Assembly: GCA_000990355.1 (NCBI GenBank)
Contig: LBSX01000005.1
Coordinates: 4,584 to 68,583, forward strand
Reading direction: 5' to 3'
Source: Candidatus Magasanikbacteria bacterium GW2011_GWC2_37_14
GTDB taxonomy: Bacteria; Patescibacteriota; Patescibacteriia; Magasanikbacterales; UBA922
DNA: 64,000 nucleotides
A program made the translations under genes and the position numbers. Every line of letters starts with the position of its first letter. Position 1 is the stretch's first letter. Below the pieces are notes generated by a model that saw only the letters and a program-made list of their open reading frames with translations, was not told the origin of the DNA and searched no databases. This document shows positions 9,789-18,477 of this stretch, in pieces.

Positions 9789-9860
9789 GCGTCCATAGCT
9801 CAGCGGTAGAGCACCACCCTTATAAGGTGGCCGTCGATGGTTCAAATCCATCTGGACGCA
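9789..9860 (+). tRNA. tRNA-Ile(UAU)
   Basis: Cloverleaf: acceptor GCGTCCA/TGGACGC, anticodon arm CCACC-CTTATAA-GGTGG, T arm GATGG-TTCAAAT-CCATC; no encoded CCA. Confidence 0.92.
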
Positions 9861-9868
9861 CATCTTTC

Positions 9869-9940
9869 GCTCTCGTCGTTCAATGGATAGGACGCCAGCC
9901 TCCGAAGTTGGTGATGCGCGTTCGATTCGCGCCGAGAGCA
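9869..9940 (+). tRNA. tRNA-Arg(CCG)
   Basis: Acceptor GCTCTCG/CGAGAGC, anticodon loop CTCCGAA, T arm GCGCG-TTCGATT-CGCGC; no encoded CCA. Confidence 0.93.
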
Positions 9941-9999
9941 CAACTAAAGTTCTCCGCCTATGGCGGAAATTCCTGTCGGGGGTACTAATAGAAATTATT

Positions 10000-11025
10000 A
10001 TGATAAGTAAAAATAAAAAAATTATTATAAAAGATTTAGATAGCAAAATTCGTTTGGATGTTTTTTTGACTGAAAAACTAAAATTAACTCGTTCTAAAAT
10101 TCAAAAATTGATTGAGCAAAAATTAATTTTGTTAAACAAAGAATTACCTAAAAAAACTGGTACCATGATTTTGAATGGTGATGAGATTGAAATTATTAAA
10201 CCAGTAATTGTTAAAAAAATTATAACCAATAAAATAGAAAAAAATTTGAAAACAGAAATTGCTAATTTGCCAATTGAAATTGTCGCCGAAACTAGTGATT
10301 ATTTGGTGTTAAATAAACCAGCTGGTATATTGGTCCATCCAACCGAAGCCGGAGAAGAAAATACATTGGTAAATTGGTTGCTAACAAAGTATCCCAAAAT
10401 AAAAAAAGTTGGTGACTCCCACTCCCCCCACACCCCCTCTCGGGCAGAGGGGAAAAACATAAGACCTGGTATTGTTCATCGTTTGGATAAAGAAGCTTCG
10501 GGATTATTGGTAATTGCCAAAACTCAGGCTATGTTTGAACATTTAAAAAAACAATTTCAAAATAGAGAGATAAATAAGGAATATTTAGTTTTGGTACATG
10601 GTACAGTACAAAAAAATTATGATCAAATTGATTTTGAAATAGATCGTGGTCATGATGGTAAAATGGTGGCTCGGCCCAAAACTGATAAATTTAAAGTAAA
10701 GAATGTAGAAAAAATTCAAGAAGGCAAAGAGGCTTTGACCGAGTTTGTAATAGAAAAGAATTATGTTCGTTATACTTTGCTTCGTGTAAAAATTTTTACT
10801 GGTCGTACCAATCAAATTCGGGTACATATGATGGCTTACAGTCACCCAGTAGTTGGTGATAAATTATATTTTAATAAAAGATTAAATAGAAAACGAGATA
10901 CAGAATTAAACAGAGTATTTTTGCATGCTGTAAAGCTTGGTTTTACTGATTTAAATGGTTATGAGCAAACTTTTACAAGTAAATTGCCCAAAGAATTGGA
11001 AAGTTTTTTAAAAGACTTAAATTAA
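10000..11025 (+). CDS. RluA/RluD family pseudouridine synthase
   Basis: S4 domain RLDVFL, NKPAGILVHP, RPGIVHRLDKEASG and TGRTNQIRVH; start moved to 10000 because the 9883 start is inside tRNA-Arg. Confidence 0.93.
   Translation: MISKNKKIIIKDLDSKIRLDVFLTEKLKLTRSKIQKLIEQKLILLNKELPKKTGTMILNGDEIEIIKPVIVKKIITNKIEKNLKTEIANLPIEIVAETSDYLVLNKPAGILVHPTEAGEENTLVNWLLTKYPKIKKVGDSHSPHTPSRAEGKNIRPGIVHRLDKEASGLLVIAKTQAMFEHLKKQFQNREINKEYLVLVHGTVQKNYDQIDFEIDRGHDGKMVARPKTDKFKVKNVEKIQEGKEALTEFVIEKNYVRYTLLRVKIFTGRTNQIRVHMMAYSHPVVGDKLYFNKRLNRKRDTELNRVFLHAVKLGFTDLNGYEQTFTSKLPKELESFLKDLN
10416..10453. repeat. C-rich/G-rich hairpin element in frame inside a CDS
   Basis: ctcccactccccccacaccccctctcgggcagagggga; encodes SHSPHTPSRAEG just before RPGIVHRLD. 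Confidence 0.9.
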
Positions 11026-11026
11026 T

Positions 11027-11620
11027 ATGTCTAAAAAAATTTTGGTAATTGCTGGCCCCACTGGTTCTGGAGAAAGTACAGTTACTAGAGAATTAATAAA
11101 AAGATATCCTATTTTTACGAGGTTGGTTACTGCTACCACTCGTGAACCACGTCTCAATGAAAAAGATGGACAAGATTATTATTTTTTTTCTGAAGAAGAA
11201 TTTAAAAAAGAAGTGACAATTGGCAATATTATTGAACATACTTTTGTAACTGGTCGGGCTGTATATTATGGCACTTATAAACCGGATTTAGAACAAAAAC
11301 TTAATGCTGGTTTTAATATTATTGTTAATCCAGATGTGGTTGGGGCCAGGTATTACAAAAAAAATTATGAGGCTACTACTATTTTTATTAAAACCGAATC
11401 AATTAGTGTTTTGGAAAAGCGTCTTAAGGGACGGGATCCCAACATTAGTGAAGTGGAGTTAAAAAGGCGTTTAGAGGCGGCTAAATATGAATTGGATAAT
11501 GAAGAGAGTTTTTATGATTATGTATTGGTAAATAAAGATAATAAATTAGAGGAAGTTTTGACTGAAATTGTAGAAATTTTGCAAAAAGAAGGTTATATTT
11601 TAGCCCTCCCCCCTAGGTAG
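11027..11620 (+). CDS. gmk: guanylate kinase
   Basis: GPTGSGES P-loop (Lys replaced by Glu), TTREPRLNEKDGQDYYF and YYGT. Confidence 0.88.
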   Translation: MSKKILVIAGPTGSGESTVTRELIKRYPIFTRLVTATTREPRLNEKDGQDYYFFSEEEFKKEVTIGNIIEHTFVTGRAVYYGTYKPDLEQKLNAGFNIIVNPDVVGARYYKKNYEATTIFIKTESISVLEKRLKGRDPNISEVELKRRLEAAKYELDNEESFYDYVLVNKDNKLEEVLTEIVEILQKEGYILALPPR

Positions 11621-11731
11621 ATAGGAAAAATTTAGGCTCTTGACTTTTTTTGGGTTTTATAGTAACATAACGTCACTTTATGTATAACTGACGTTGGCAT
11701 TCTAGACCAACCTCTCATTAACAATATTAAT

Positions 11732-12166
11732 ATGAATGAAGATAATAGAACAAATTTAGCTCCTGGCATGATTATTAAAGTCCACCAGAAGATTAAAGAA
11801 ACCAATACCAAAGGTGAAGAAAAAGAACGTATTCAGGTTTTTGAAGGTATGGTAATTGCGGTAAAACATGGTAAAGAACCAGGTGCTACTGTAACCGTAA
11901 GAAAGATCTCCAATAGTGTAGGTGTAGAGAAAATTTTCCCTATTCATTCGCCAGTGGTTGAAAAAATCGAAGTAGTGCGCCAAGTAAAGGTGCGCCAGGC
12001 TCGCCCTTACTATTTGCGTGACTATAAAAAGAAATTAAAAGAAATTAAAGGTAATAAAGTAGAAAAGGTAGACAACGAAATATTAAAGAACAAAAAAGAA
12101 ATTGAACCAGTAGACATTTTGCCAGAAGTAATAGAAGAAAAAGTAGTAGAAGAAACTAAAGAATAA
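11732..12166 (+). CDS. rplS: 50S ribosomal protein L19
   Basis: [32 protein letters not shown] and [10 protein letters not shown]. Confidence 0.96.
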   Translation: MNEDNRTNLAPGMIIKVHQKIKETNTKGEEKERIQVFEGMVIAVKHGKEPGATVTVRKISNSVGVEKIFPIHSPVVEKIEVVRQVKVRQARPYYLRDYKKKLKEIKGNKVEKVDNEILKNKKEIEPVDILPEVIEEKVVEETKE

Positions 12167-12169
12167 AAT

Positions 12170-12194
12170 AAAAGCCGCGTTCATCGCGGCTTTT
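12170..12194 (+). terminator. intrinsic terminator after rplS
   Basis: aaaagccgcg-ttcat-cgcggctttt. Confidence 0.8.
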
Positions 12195-12236
12195 AAAATC
12201 TCTGGATTTGTGATAATCTGGGTGGGTAAGGAGGAG

Positions 12237-12286
12237 AGAGAGGTGGCTTCCGCCCAAGGCGGACCAGCCTCGGGCTGGGAGTGGTT
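12237..12286 (+). pseudogene. tRNA-Ser 5' fragment interrupted by a 30-bp palindromic insert
   Basis: agagaggtggct[tccgcccaaggcggaccagcctcgggctgg]gagtggtt; without the insert it matches 16 of the first 20 nt of tRNA-Ser at 12551. Confidence 0.6.
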
Positions 12287-12302
12287 ATATTAATAATTTG
12301 GT

Positions 12303-12545
12303 ATGCATTACGTTTACATTTTGAAAAGTGTAAAAAGTGGAAAATTGTATAAGGGTTTTACTAATGATTTAAAAAGAAGAATAAAAGAACATAATTTAGG
12401 TAATAGCGAATTTACATCCAATAATGGTCCTTGGAAGTTGGTGTATTATGAGGCTTTTTTGTCAAAAAAGGACGCGCAACAAGAAGAAATTTTTCTAAAA
12501 ACAGGTAAGGGGAGAGAAAGAATAAAATATTTACTAACAATATAA
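12303..12545 (+). CDS. small GIY-YIG nuclease family protein
   Basis: YVYIL...LYKGFTNDLKRRIKEHN...GPWKLVYYE...E..LKTGKGR. Confidence 0.9.
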   Translation: MHYVYILKSVKSGKLYKGFTNDLKRRIKEHNLGNSEFTSNNGPWKLVYYEAFLSKKDAQQEEIFLKTGKGRERIKYLLTI

Positions 12546-12550
12546 ATAAT

Positions 12551-12637
12551 GGAGGCGTGGCTGAGTGGTCGAAAGCACCGCATTCGAAACGCGGCAGACC
12601 TTTACCGGTCTCAGGGGTTCAAATCCTCTCGCCTCCG
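12551..12637 (+). tRNA. tRNA-Ser(CGA)
   Basis: Acceptor GGAGGCG/CGCCTCC, anticodon loop TTCGAAA, long variable arm AGACC-TTTACC-GGTCT, T arm; no encoded CCA. Confidence 0.93.
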
Positions 12638-12640
12638 CAT

Positions 12641-12695
12641 GGGTTCCCCGAGATAAACTCGGGGTCCCGGGTTAATCCCGGGATAAATCCCGCCC
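12641..12695. repeat. tandem GC-rich hairpins after tRNA-Ser
   Basis: ccccgag-ataaa-ctcgggg followed by cccggg-ttaat-cccggg. Confidence 0.6.
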
Positions 12696-12709
12696 TTTCC
12701 TCATAATAT

Positions 12710-12980
12710 ATGTCCATAAAAATCACCTATTTTGTACATGGTACAACAACCGACAACGAAAAAGGCCTGGCGACTGGCTGGGAGCAGGGAGAGTTGTCGG
12801 CTTTGGGGATTGAACAATCCAAAAAATTATCAAAACAAACATATTGCCATTGTGGCTCATCAAGCTCCGCAACTAGCCTTAGATGTAATTTTGAGTGGTA
12901 AAACCTGGGAACAGGCAATTGACGAAGATTGGCGAAAGCAGAAAGCCTGGCAACCAGGGTGGGGTTATATTATTGAATAA
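12710..12980 (+). pseudogene. histidine phosphatase family pseudogene (internal deletion and frameshift)
   Basis: N-terminal YFVHGTTTDNE...LSALGIEQS in one frame and C-terminal KHIAIVAHQAPQLALDV...WQPGW in another; the central SDL.RA/E..YG region is absent. Confidence 0.75.
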
Positions 12981-13732
12981 TGCTAAATTTTATGAACATC
13001 ATAAAAACTAAAAGTTTTGAACTTGCTGTAAATATAAAAGGTGATCCAAGTTCCACAAAACTGGCAATTTTAATTCCGGGTAGATTGGATACCAAAGATT
13101 ATTGTAACTTTGTTAGTCATGCTAATTATTTAGTCAGTAAAAGTTTTTTTGTTGTGGCGTTTGATCCACCAGGTACATGGGATAGCCCAGGGGGAATTGA
13201 TATTTATTCCACGACAAATTATATTATAGCGGTTAATGAATTAATTGAATATTTTGGTAATAAATCAACATTATTATTGGGACACAGTCGGGGGGCAGCG
13301 ACCGCTATTCTTGCTGGTGCACCCAATCCAAATGTCATTGGTATAGTTTCTATAATAGCAAACTACGGCAAACCAACTCCTCTGGATCAAGAGTCTTTAC
13401 AAAAGGGTTTTAAGATTTCTTATCGAGATCTTCCCCCAGGAAATTCCCCAACGAAAAAACAAAAAGAATTTTTATTACCTATTAGTTATTGGGAGGATGG
13501 GAAAAATTACGATGCTGGTGATTCTTTAAAAAAATGTTCAAAACCAAAACTACTAGTTTATGGGTCGAAAGATGAGTTTACTACTGTTGAGGAGGTAGAA
13601 AAATTGTATACACTAATTCCTGAACCAAAAATGTTAAAATTAGTTGATTCCACACATGATTATCGTTATTTTCCAGAAGCCATTGAAGAAATTAATTTAG
13701 TGATTGGCAAATTTCTTGATTCAGCAATCTAA
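12980..13732 (+). CDS. alpha/beta hydrolase
   Basis: GHSRG nucleophile elbow, GSKD Asp and THDY His. Confidence 0.85.
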   Translation: MLNFMNIIKTKSFELAVNIKGDPSSTKLAILIPGRLDTKDYCNFVSHANYLVSKSFFVVAFDPPGTWDSPGGIDIYSTTNYIIAVNELIEYFGNKSTLLLGHSRGAATAILAGAPNPNVIGIVSIIANYGKPTPLDQESLQKGFKISYRDLPPGNSPTKKQKEFLLPISYWEDGKNYDAGDSLKKCSKPKLLVYGSKDEFTTVEEVEKLYTLIPEPKMLKLVDSTHDYRYFPEAIEEINLVIGKFLDSAI

Positions 13733-13761
13733 ATATTTTTAAAACAGTTTAAAATAATTTT

Positions 13762-14364
13762 ATGCCAGAAGAAAAAAGCCCAGCCTCCGCTAAAGCTACG
13801 GCGGGTAAAGAAAATTTATATACAGCCAGTGAAATGAAGAAAGTTTTGCAAAATGCCGAAATGGCTTTGTGGTTAGATAGTTATAATAATATCTTTTCTG
13901 ATTTTGACCCCCGACCTTTTGCCGAACGAGCTTTGTCCGATGATTTTATATTGGAAATGAAAAAAGTCGCTCGCGATCGCGGTAAAGATAGTTATGAATT
14001 AAAATTTTTATTAGCCCCAGAAACAAGAAATCACCATCAGGAAGAAGTTATTAAAGAACGTTTACATCATTTTTTTATTGAACAACACCATCAATATATT
14101 AAGGAACGAAAAGGGATAATTGCTCGTGGTTTTTTGTTTGTTATTTTGGGTGTAGTTTTTATGTCAGTTGCTTCATTTTTGTTGACCTTTTTTGCTAATG
14201 AAAAATTTTTATTTAATTTTCTCGTTATACTTTTAGAGCCAGCTGGCTGGTTTTTGTTTTGGGAAGGTTTGTCACACGCTATGTATAAATCAGAGCAAGT
14301 AAATCCAGAAATAAAATTTTATCATAAAATGGCACATAGTAAGATTGAATTTATTTCGTATTAA
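13762..14364 (+). CDS. conserved hypothetical membrane protein (2 TM)
   Basis: LDSYNNIFSDFDPRP...LSDDF; hydrophobic C-terminal helices with GWFLFWEG; the N-terminal SPASAKATAG comes from a repeat. Confidence 0.7.
   Translation: MPEEKSPASAKATAGKENLYTASEMKKVLQNAEMALWLDSYNNIFSDFDPRPFAERALSDDFILEMKKVARDRGKDSYELKFLLAPETRNHHQEEVIKERLHHFFIEQHHQYIKERKGIIARGFLFVILGVVFMSVASFLLTFFANEKFLFNFLVILLEPAGWFLFWEGLSHAMYKSEQVNPEIKFYHKMAHSKIEFISY
13778..13806. repeat. CCGC-TAAAGCTA-CGGCGG hairpin element in frame inside a CDS
   Basis: gcccagcctccgctaaagctacggcgggt; related to the reverse complement of 18571-18604. Confidence 0.7.
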
Positions 14365-14368
14365 TTAT

Positions 14369-15118
14369 ATGAAAATTAGATTTTTAGGTACCAACGGTTG
14401 GTACGATGACAAAAGTCATAATACTATTAGCACTTTGATTGATGTTAAAGATTGCTATCTTATTTTAGATGCTGGCTATGGAATTACCAAATCAATTAAG
14501 TATCTTAAAAAAGATAAACCAATTTATTTATTTCTTAGTCATTTACATTTAGATCATATTGTAGGTCTGCATGCACTCCCTCTTTTTCATGATAAAAATG
14601 TTACAATTTATTTACCAGTGGGCATGAAAAGATATTATGATATTTTAGTTAGAGCTCCTTTTACTGGCTTAGGTGATAAGTTTAAGATAAAAGAATTGAA
14701 GCCAGGCGTATATAAATCACCGGTAAATTTTGAATGTTTATTTCTACAGCACACTGTTCCTACACTTGGTTTTAGATTTAATCTGGAAGGAAAAGTAATT
14801 ACTTATTGTTGTGACACGACGGTTTGCAAAAATGATCTATTGTTGGCAAAAAATGCAGATGTTTTAATTCATGAATGTTCAAACAAAGTTGGAACTTCTG
14901 GTGGTTGGGGGCATTCTAACCCGGTTGATGTAGGAAAATTAGCTGTGAGAGCCAAAGTAAAACGGCTATTTTTAACACATTTTGCTCCTAATGTGTACAA
15001 GAAATTTTCTGATAGAAAATGGGCGGAGAAACAAACAAAAAAATATTTTTTAAATACTAAAATTGCTTCTGAAAATGAAGTTATAAGTTTGCCATCAACC
15101 AAAAATAATTATTTATAA
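14369..15118 (+). CDS. metallo-beta-lactamase fold hydrolase (RNase Z-like)
   Basis: FLGT, SHLHLDH, CDT, LIHEC, GHS and LTHF motifs. Confidence 0.85.
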   Translation: MKIRFLGTNGWYDDKSHNTISTLIDVKDCYLILDAGYGITKSIKYLKKDKPIYLFLSHLHLDHIVGLHALPLFHDKNVTIYLPVGMKRYYDILVRAPFTGLGDKFKIKELKPGVYKSPVNFECLFLQHTVPTLGFRFNLEGKVITYCCDTTVCKNDLLLAKNADVLIHECSNKVGTSGGWGHSNPVDVGKLAVRAKVKRLFLTHFAPNVYKKFSDRKWAEKQTKKYFLNTKIASENEVISLPSTKNNYL

Positions 15119-15360
15119 ACTATTTTTTGAATAAAAAGTGTTAGCCAAAGACTGGCAGTAAAAAAACCTAGTAAAGCGGAAAATTTTAAAGAAAGTGTTA
15201 AATAAACAATTGACATTACATACATGCCAATAGAATTTGGTAGTGAGGTAGAAATGACAATAGATCCTTTTTTATTTTTAAATCCGTAGTAAACTTGTGG
15301 TATCAAAGCAAAAACAAACATTATACTGATAATTGTGATAATTATATCTTGCCAAAGCAT
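15109..15360 (-). CDS. small PQ-loop/SemiSWEET-like membrane protein
   Basis: 3 hydrophobic segments and ALIPQV motif. Confidence 0.65.
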   Translation of the reverse strand: MLWQDIIITIISIMFVFALIPQVYYGFKNKKGSIVISTSLPNSIGMYVMSIVYLTLSLKFSALLGFFTASLWLTLFIQKIVYK

Positions 15361-15392
15361 AAAAAATAGCTTAATAATATATTAATTATAGC

Positions 15393-16643
15393 ATGTTAAG
15401 AGTAAAAATAGAAAAGCTGGTATTTGGTGGGCAAGCTTTGGGTCGAGTAGATGACAAAGCTGTTTTTGTATGGAATGCTTTGCCTGGTGAAGAAGTAGAA
15501 GTGGAATTAAAAAAAAATAAACATAATTTTGCCGAAGGTGTAGTCAAAGAAATTATTACTCGCTCTCCCGACCGTTTGGAACCACGCGAAAATCATTTTT
15601 TGTCTTGTAGTCCTTGGCAAATAATGAGTTTTGCTACAGAAAATAAATGGAAAGTGGAGATGTCAATTGAGACATATCAAAAGTTTGCTGGTTTAACAGT
15701 TACTGATTTAGAAATTGTTAGTGATGGGGTAGAGTATGGATATAGAAATAAAATGGAGTATAGTTTTACAGAAGAAAATAGTGTAATTAGTCTGGCTTTT
15801 TTTGAACGTAATGGCAAAAAACATTTAGCCATTCCCAAATGTGAATTGGCCAGTGAAGCAATAAATAAAGTGGCTTTGGAACTTTTAGCTTGGGTAAATG
15901 AAAATAAAATTTCGCTTCGTAGTTTAAAAACAATGATTATCCGTTCGAATCAAAAAGGTGAAGTTTTGGCTGGGTTGTTTATAAAAGATCGTTTAGAATT
16001 TAATGATTATCCAAAGTTAACAAATAATTTAGTTGGCTTAACTATCTATTACTCTACTCATAAAAGTCCGGCTTCGGTGCCAACCGCGGTTTTATACAAA
16101 ATTGGTCAGGACTATTTAGAAGAAGATTTGTTTGGTGTAAAACTTCGTTATGGTTTGTTTAGTTTTTTTCAAATTAATGTGCCAATTTTTAAACAAGCTT
16201 TAGCCGAGATTAAAAATCACCTAAGCAACAATGATAAAGTAGTGGATTATTATTCTGGGGTAGGGGCAATTGGTTTGCCTGTTGGGGCAAAAGAGCTAGT
16301 AGAAAGCAATCCGGAAGCAGTGGAATTTGCCAAAATAAATATTGAGTTAAATAAAATCAAAGCCGAAGCAATTTGTGCTCCATCGGAAAAAATGGTGGAG
16401 TTAATTACTGCAGAAAAAACTATTATTTTTGATCCACCTAGGGCTGGGTTGGATAAAAGGGTAGTTGATCAAGTTTTAAATAAATTACCCAAGAAAATTA
16501 TTTATTTATCTTGTGACATTGCTACTCAAGCACGAGATTTAGGATTATTAAAAGAAGCTTACGAAATTAAATTTTTAAAATTATATAATTTCTTTCCACG
16601 CACAGCTCATATTGAAGGGCTTTGTGTTTTAGAAAAAAAATAA
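15393..16643 (+). CDS. 23S rRNA m5U methyltransferase (RlmD/TrmA family)
   Basis: TRAM N-terminus, YRNK, FFQIN, DPPRAGL, YLSCD and FFPRTAHIE. Confidence 0.92.
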   Translation: MLRVKIEKLVFGGQALGRVDDKAVFVWNALPGEEVEVELKKNKHNFAEGVVKEIITRSPDRLEPRENHFLSCSPWQIMSFATENKWKVEMSIETYQKFAGLTVTDLEIVSDGVEYGYRNKMEYSFTEENSVISLAFFERNGKKHLAIPKCELASEAINKVALELLAWVNENKISLRSLKTMIIRSNQKGEVLAGLFIKDRLEFNDYPKLTNNLVGLTIYYSTHKSPASVPTAVLYKIGQDYLEEDLFGVKLRYGLFSFFQINVPIFKQALAEIKNHLSNNDKVVDYYSGVGAIGLPVGAKELVESNPEAVEFAKINIELNKIKAEAICAPSEKMVELITAEKTIIFDPPRAGLDKRVVDQVLNKLPKKIIYLSCDIATQARDLGLLKEAYEIKFLKLYNFFPRTAHIEGLCVLEKK

Positions 16644-16644
16644 T

Positions 16645-17847
16645 ATGAATAAAACAGGCATTGTTTTAAAACCAGGTCGTGATAAAGCCATAAAAAATAA
16701 ACATCATTGGATTTTTTCCGGAGCAGTTTCATATATTTCCGAATTTAGTAATGGTGAAATTTTGCCAGTTTATAATTCTACTGGAGAATTACTAGGCCAT
16801 GCTTATTGCAACAAGAATACTTCTATTTTGGGAAGAATGATTAGTTTTGGCAATACTGATCCAGTCAAAGAATTAGAAAAAAATTTGGAAAGCGCGATTG
16901 CGATGCGTAAAAGTTTGTTTAATGAAAAAATAACTAATTGTTATCGTCTGGTTAATTCCGAGGGTGACAATATTCCGGGTTTAATTATAGATAAATATGC
17001 TGGTGTTTTGGTAATTCAAAGTGCGACAGCGGGTATTGATTTATTAAAACCACAAATTGTAGAATTTTTAGTAAAAAAATTAAAACCCGTGGCAATTTAT
17101 GAAAAATCCGATTTATCATCTCGCCGTGAAGAAGGTTTGACTATGAGCGAAGGTTTGGTATATGGTAAAGAAGTAAAGAATGTAGAAGTAATTGAAAATG
17201 GTTTAAAGTTTGTAGTGGATTTGGTGAATAGCCAAAAAACTGGTTTTTTTCTTGATCAGCGGGAAATGCGGGTTTGGGCAGGCGAATTAGCCAAAAACAA
17301 ATCTGTGCTTAATTGTTTTGCCTATACTGGAGGTTTTTCTTTGTATGCCGTTCAAGGCGGGGCTAAACAGGTAGACACAGTAGATATTTCTAGTGAAGCA
17401 ATACAGAGAGCCGAGGAAAATTTTAAATTAAATGGTTTTCTCCCGCCTCCCCCTACCCCCTCCTCGGGCATGAGGGGGCAATTTGGATTTATTACGGCTG
17501 ACATTTTTGAATTTTTACGAGCTGAAAAATTAAATTATGATTTAATTATTTTGGATCCGCCAGCTTTTGCTAAAAAGAAAACCGATGTTATCAAAGCTTG
17601 TCGAGGCTACAAAGATATTAATCGCTTGGCACTACAAAAAATGCCAGCTGGTAGTATTTTAATCACTTCTTCTTGTTCTTATCATGTAGACGAAAAACTC
17701 TTCCAAACTGTAGTTTTTCAAGCTGCGGTAGAAGCAAACAGAAAGGTCCGGATAATTGGTCGTCATCATTTAGCACCCGACCACCCAATAAATATCTTTC
17801 ATCCCGAGGGGGAATATTTAAAAAGTTTGGTTTTGTACATAGAGTAA
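16645..17847 (+). CDS. 23S rRNA m5C methyltransferase (RlmI family)
   Basis: HHWIFSG, SEGDNIPGLIID, QKTGFFLDQR, DPPAF and YLK; in-frame insert LPPPPTPSSGMRG. Confidence 0.92.
   Translation: MNKTGIVLKPGRDKAIKNKHHWIFSGAVSYISEFSNGEILPVYNSTGELLGHAYCNKNTSILGRMISFGNTDPVKELEKNLESAIAMRKSLFNEKITNCYRLVNSEGDNIPGLIIDKYAGVLVIQSATAGIDLLKPQIVEFLVKKLKPVAIYEKSDLSSRREEGLTMSEGLVYGKEVKNVEVIENGLKFVVDLVNSQKTGFFLDQREMRVWAGELAKNKSVLNCFAYTGGFSLYAVQGGAKQVDTVDISSEAIQRAEENFKLNGFLPPPPTPSSGMRGQFGFITADIFEFLRAEKLNYDLIILDPPAFAKKKTDVIKACRGYKDINRLALQKMPAGSILITSSCSYHVDEKLFQTVVFQAAVEANRKVRIIGRHHLAPDHPINIFHPEGEYLKSLVLYIE
17440..17479. repeat. C-rich/G-rich hairpin element in frame inside a CDS
   Basis: ctcccgcctccccctaccccctcctcgggcatgagggggc; same family as 8080 and 10416. 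Confidence 0.88.
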
Positions 17848-17851
17848 TTTT

Positions 17852-17879
17852 GTAAGAAAAAGGCTATAATATCGTCATA
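17852..17879 (+). promoter_or_regulatory. putative ECF sigma promoter GTAAG-N16-CGTCATA
   Basis: Directly upstream of the ECF sigma gene; the same motif and spacing recur at 18604-18631. Confidence 0.65.
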
Positions 17880-17880
17880 T

Positions 17881-18402
17881 ATGTTGAAAGTGCAAAACAG
17901 CTTTATGGAAAAGGAATTTTTGGCAGTTTATGATAAACACGCCGACGCGGTTTTTCGCTTTTGCTACCTGCGTTTGTTTGAGCGTGAATTGGCCAAGGAT
18001 TTTATGCAACAAGCGTTCCTTAAAACTTGGGAGTATCTTGGTAAAAATAGTAATAAAGAAATAGATAATTTAAAAGCTTTTGTTTTTAAAGTGGCTCGGA
18101 ATTTAATTATTGATTATAGCCGGGCAAAAAAAGAAAATCTTTCGGTAGAGACAATGCTTGAAAATGGTAATGATTTAATGGCCAAAGCTGAAGATTTAAA
18201 TTTAAAAATTGATTTACAAGAAGTTAAAAAAGTTTTAAATAATTTAGAAGAAATGTATAGTGAAGTTTTAAATTTGAGATATATAGAAGGATTTCGTCCA
18301 AAAGAAATAGCGTTAATTTTAAATGAATCAGAAGATGTGGTATCGGTAAGAATACATCGGGGATTAAAAAAGATGAAAGAAATAATTAAAGAAATTGATT
18401 AA
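17881..18402 (+). CDS. ECF-family RNA polymerase sigma factor (true start possibly 17905)
   Basis: Region 2 (VFRFCY..AKDFMQQAFLKTW..KVARNLIID) and region 4 (EIALIL...VSVRIHRG). Confidence 0.92.
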   Translation: MLKVQNSFMEKEFLAVYDKHADAVFRFCYLRLFERELAKDFMQQAFLKTWEYLGKNSNKEIDNLKAFVFKVARNLIIDYSRAKKENLSVETMLENGNDLMAKAEDLNLKIDLQEVKKVLNNLEEMYSEVLNLRYIEGFRPKEIALILNESEDVVSVRIHRGLKKMKEIIKEID

Positions 18403-18469
18403 ATTAATTTTCTTGCTGCGGGTTCGCTCCGCTAGGTCCTCGCTACAAAAATAAATTTAATCAATTTCT
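18390..18469. repeat. inverted repeat between the sigma and anti-sigma-like genes
   Basis: 16-bp perfect arms agaaattgattaaatt / aatttaatcaatttct enclosing a GC-rich loop. Confidence 0.7.
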
Positions 18470-18477
18470 GCAACAAT

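Noticed and set aside
9737-10046. ORFs 9737..9988, 9774..10046 and the N-terminal 39 aa of 9883..11025
   Set aside because: They overlap two well-formed tRNA genes and are spurious translations.
12710-12980. Programmed ribosomal frameshift joining the two phosphatase ORFs
   Set aside because: The joined product would be only about 90 aa and lack the central catalytic region, so deletion is more plausible.
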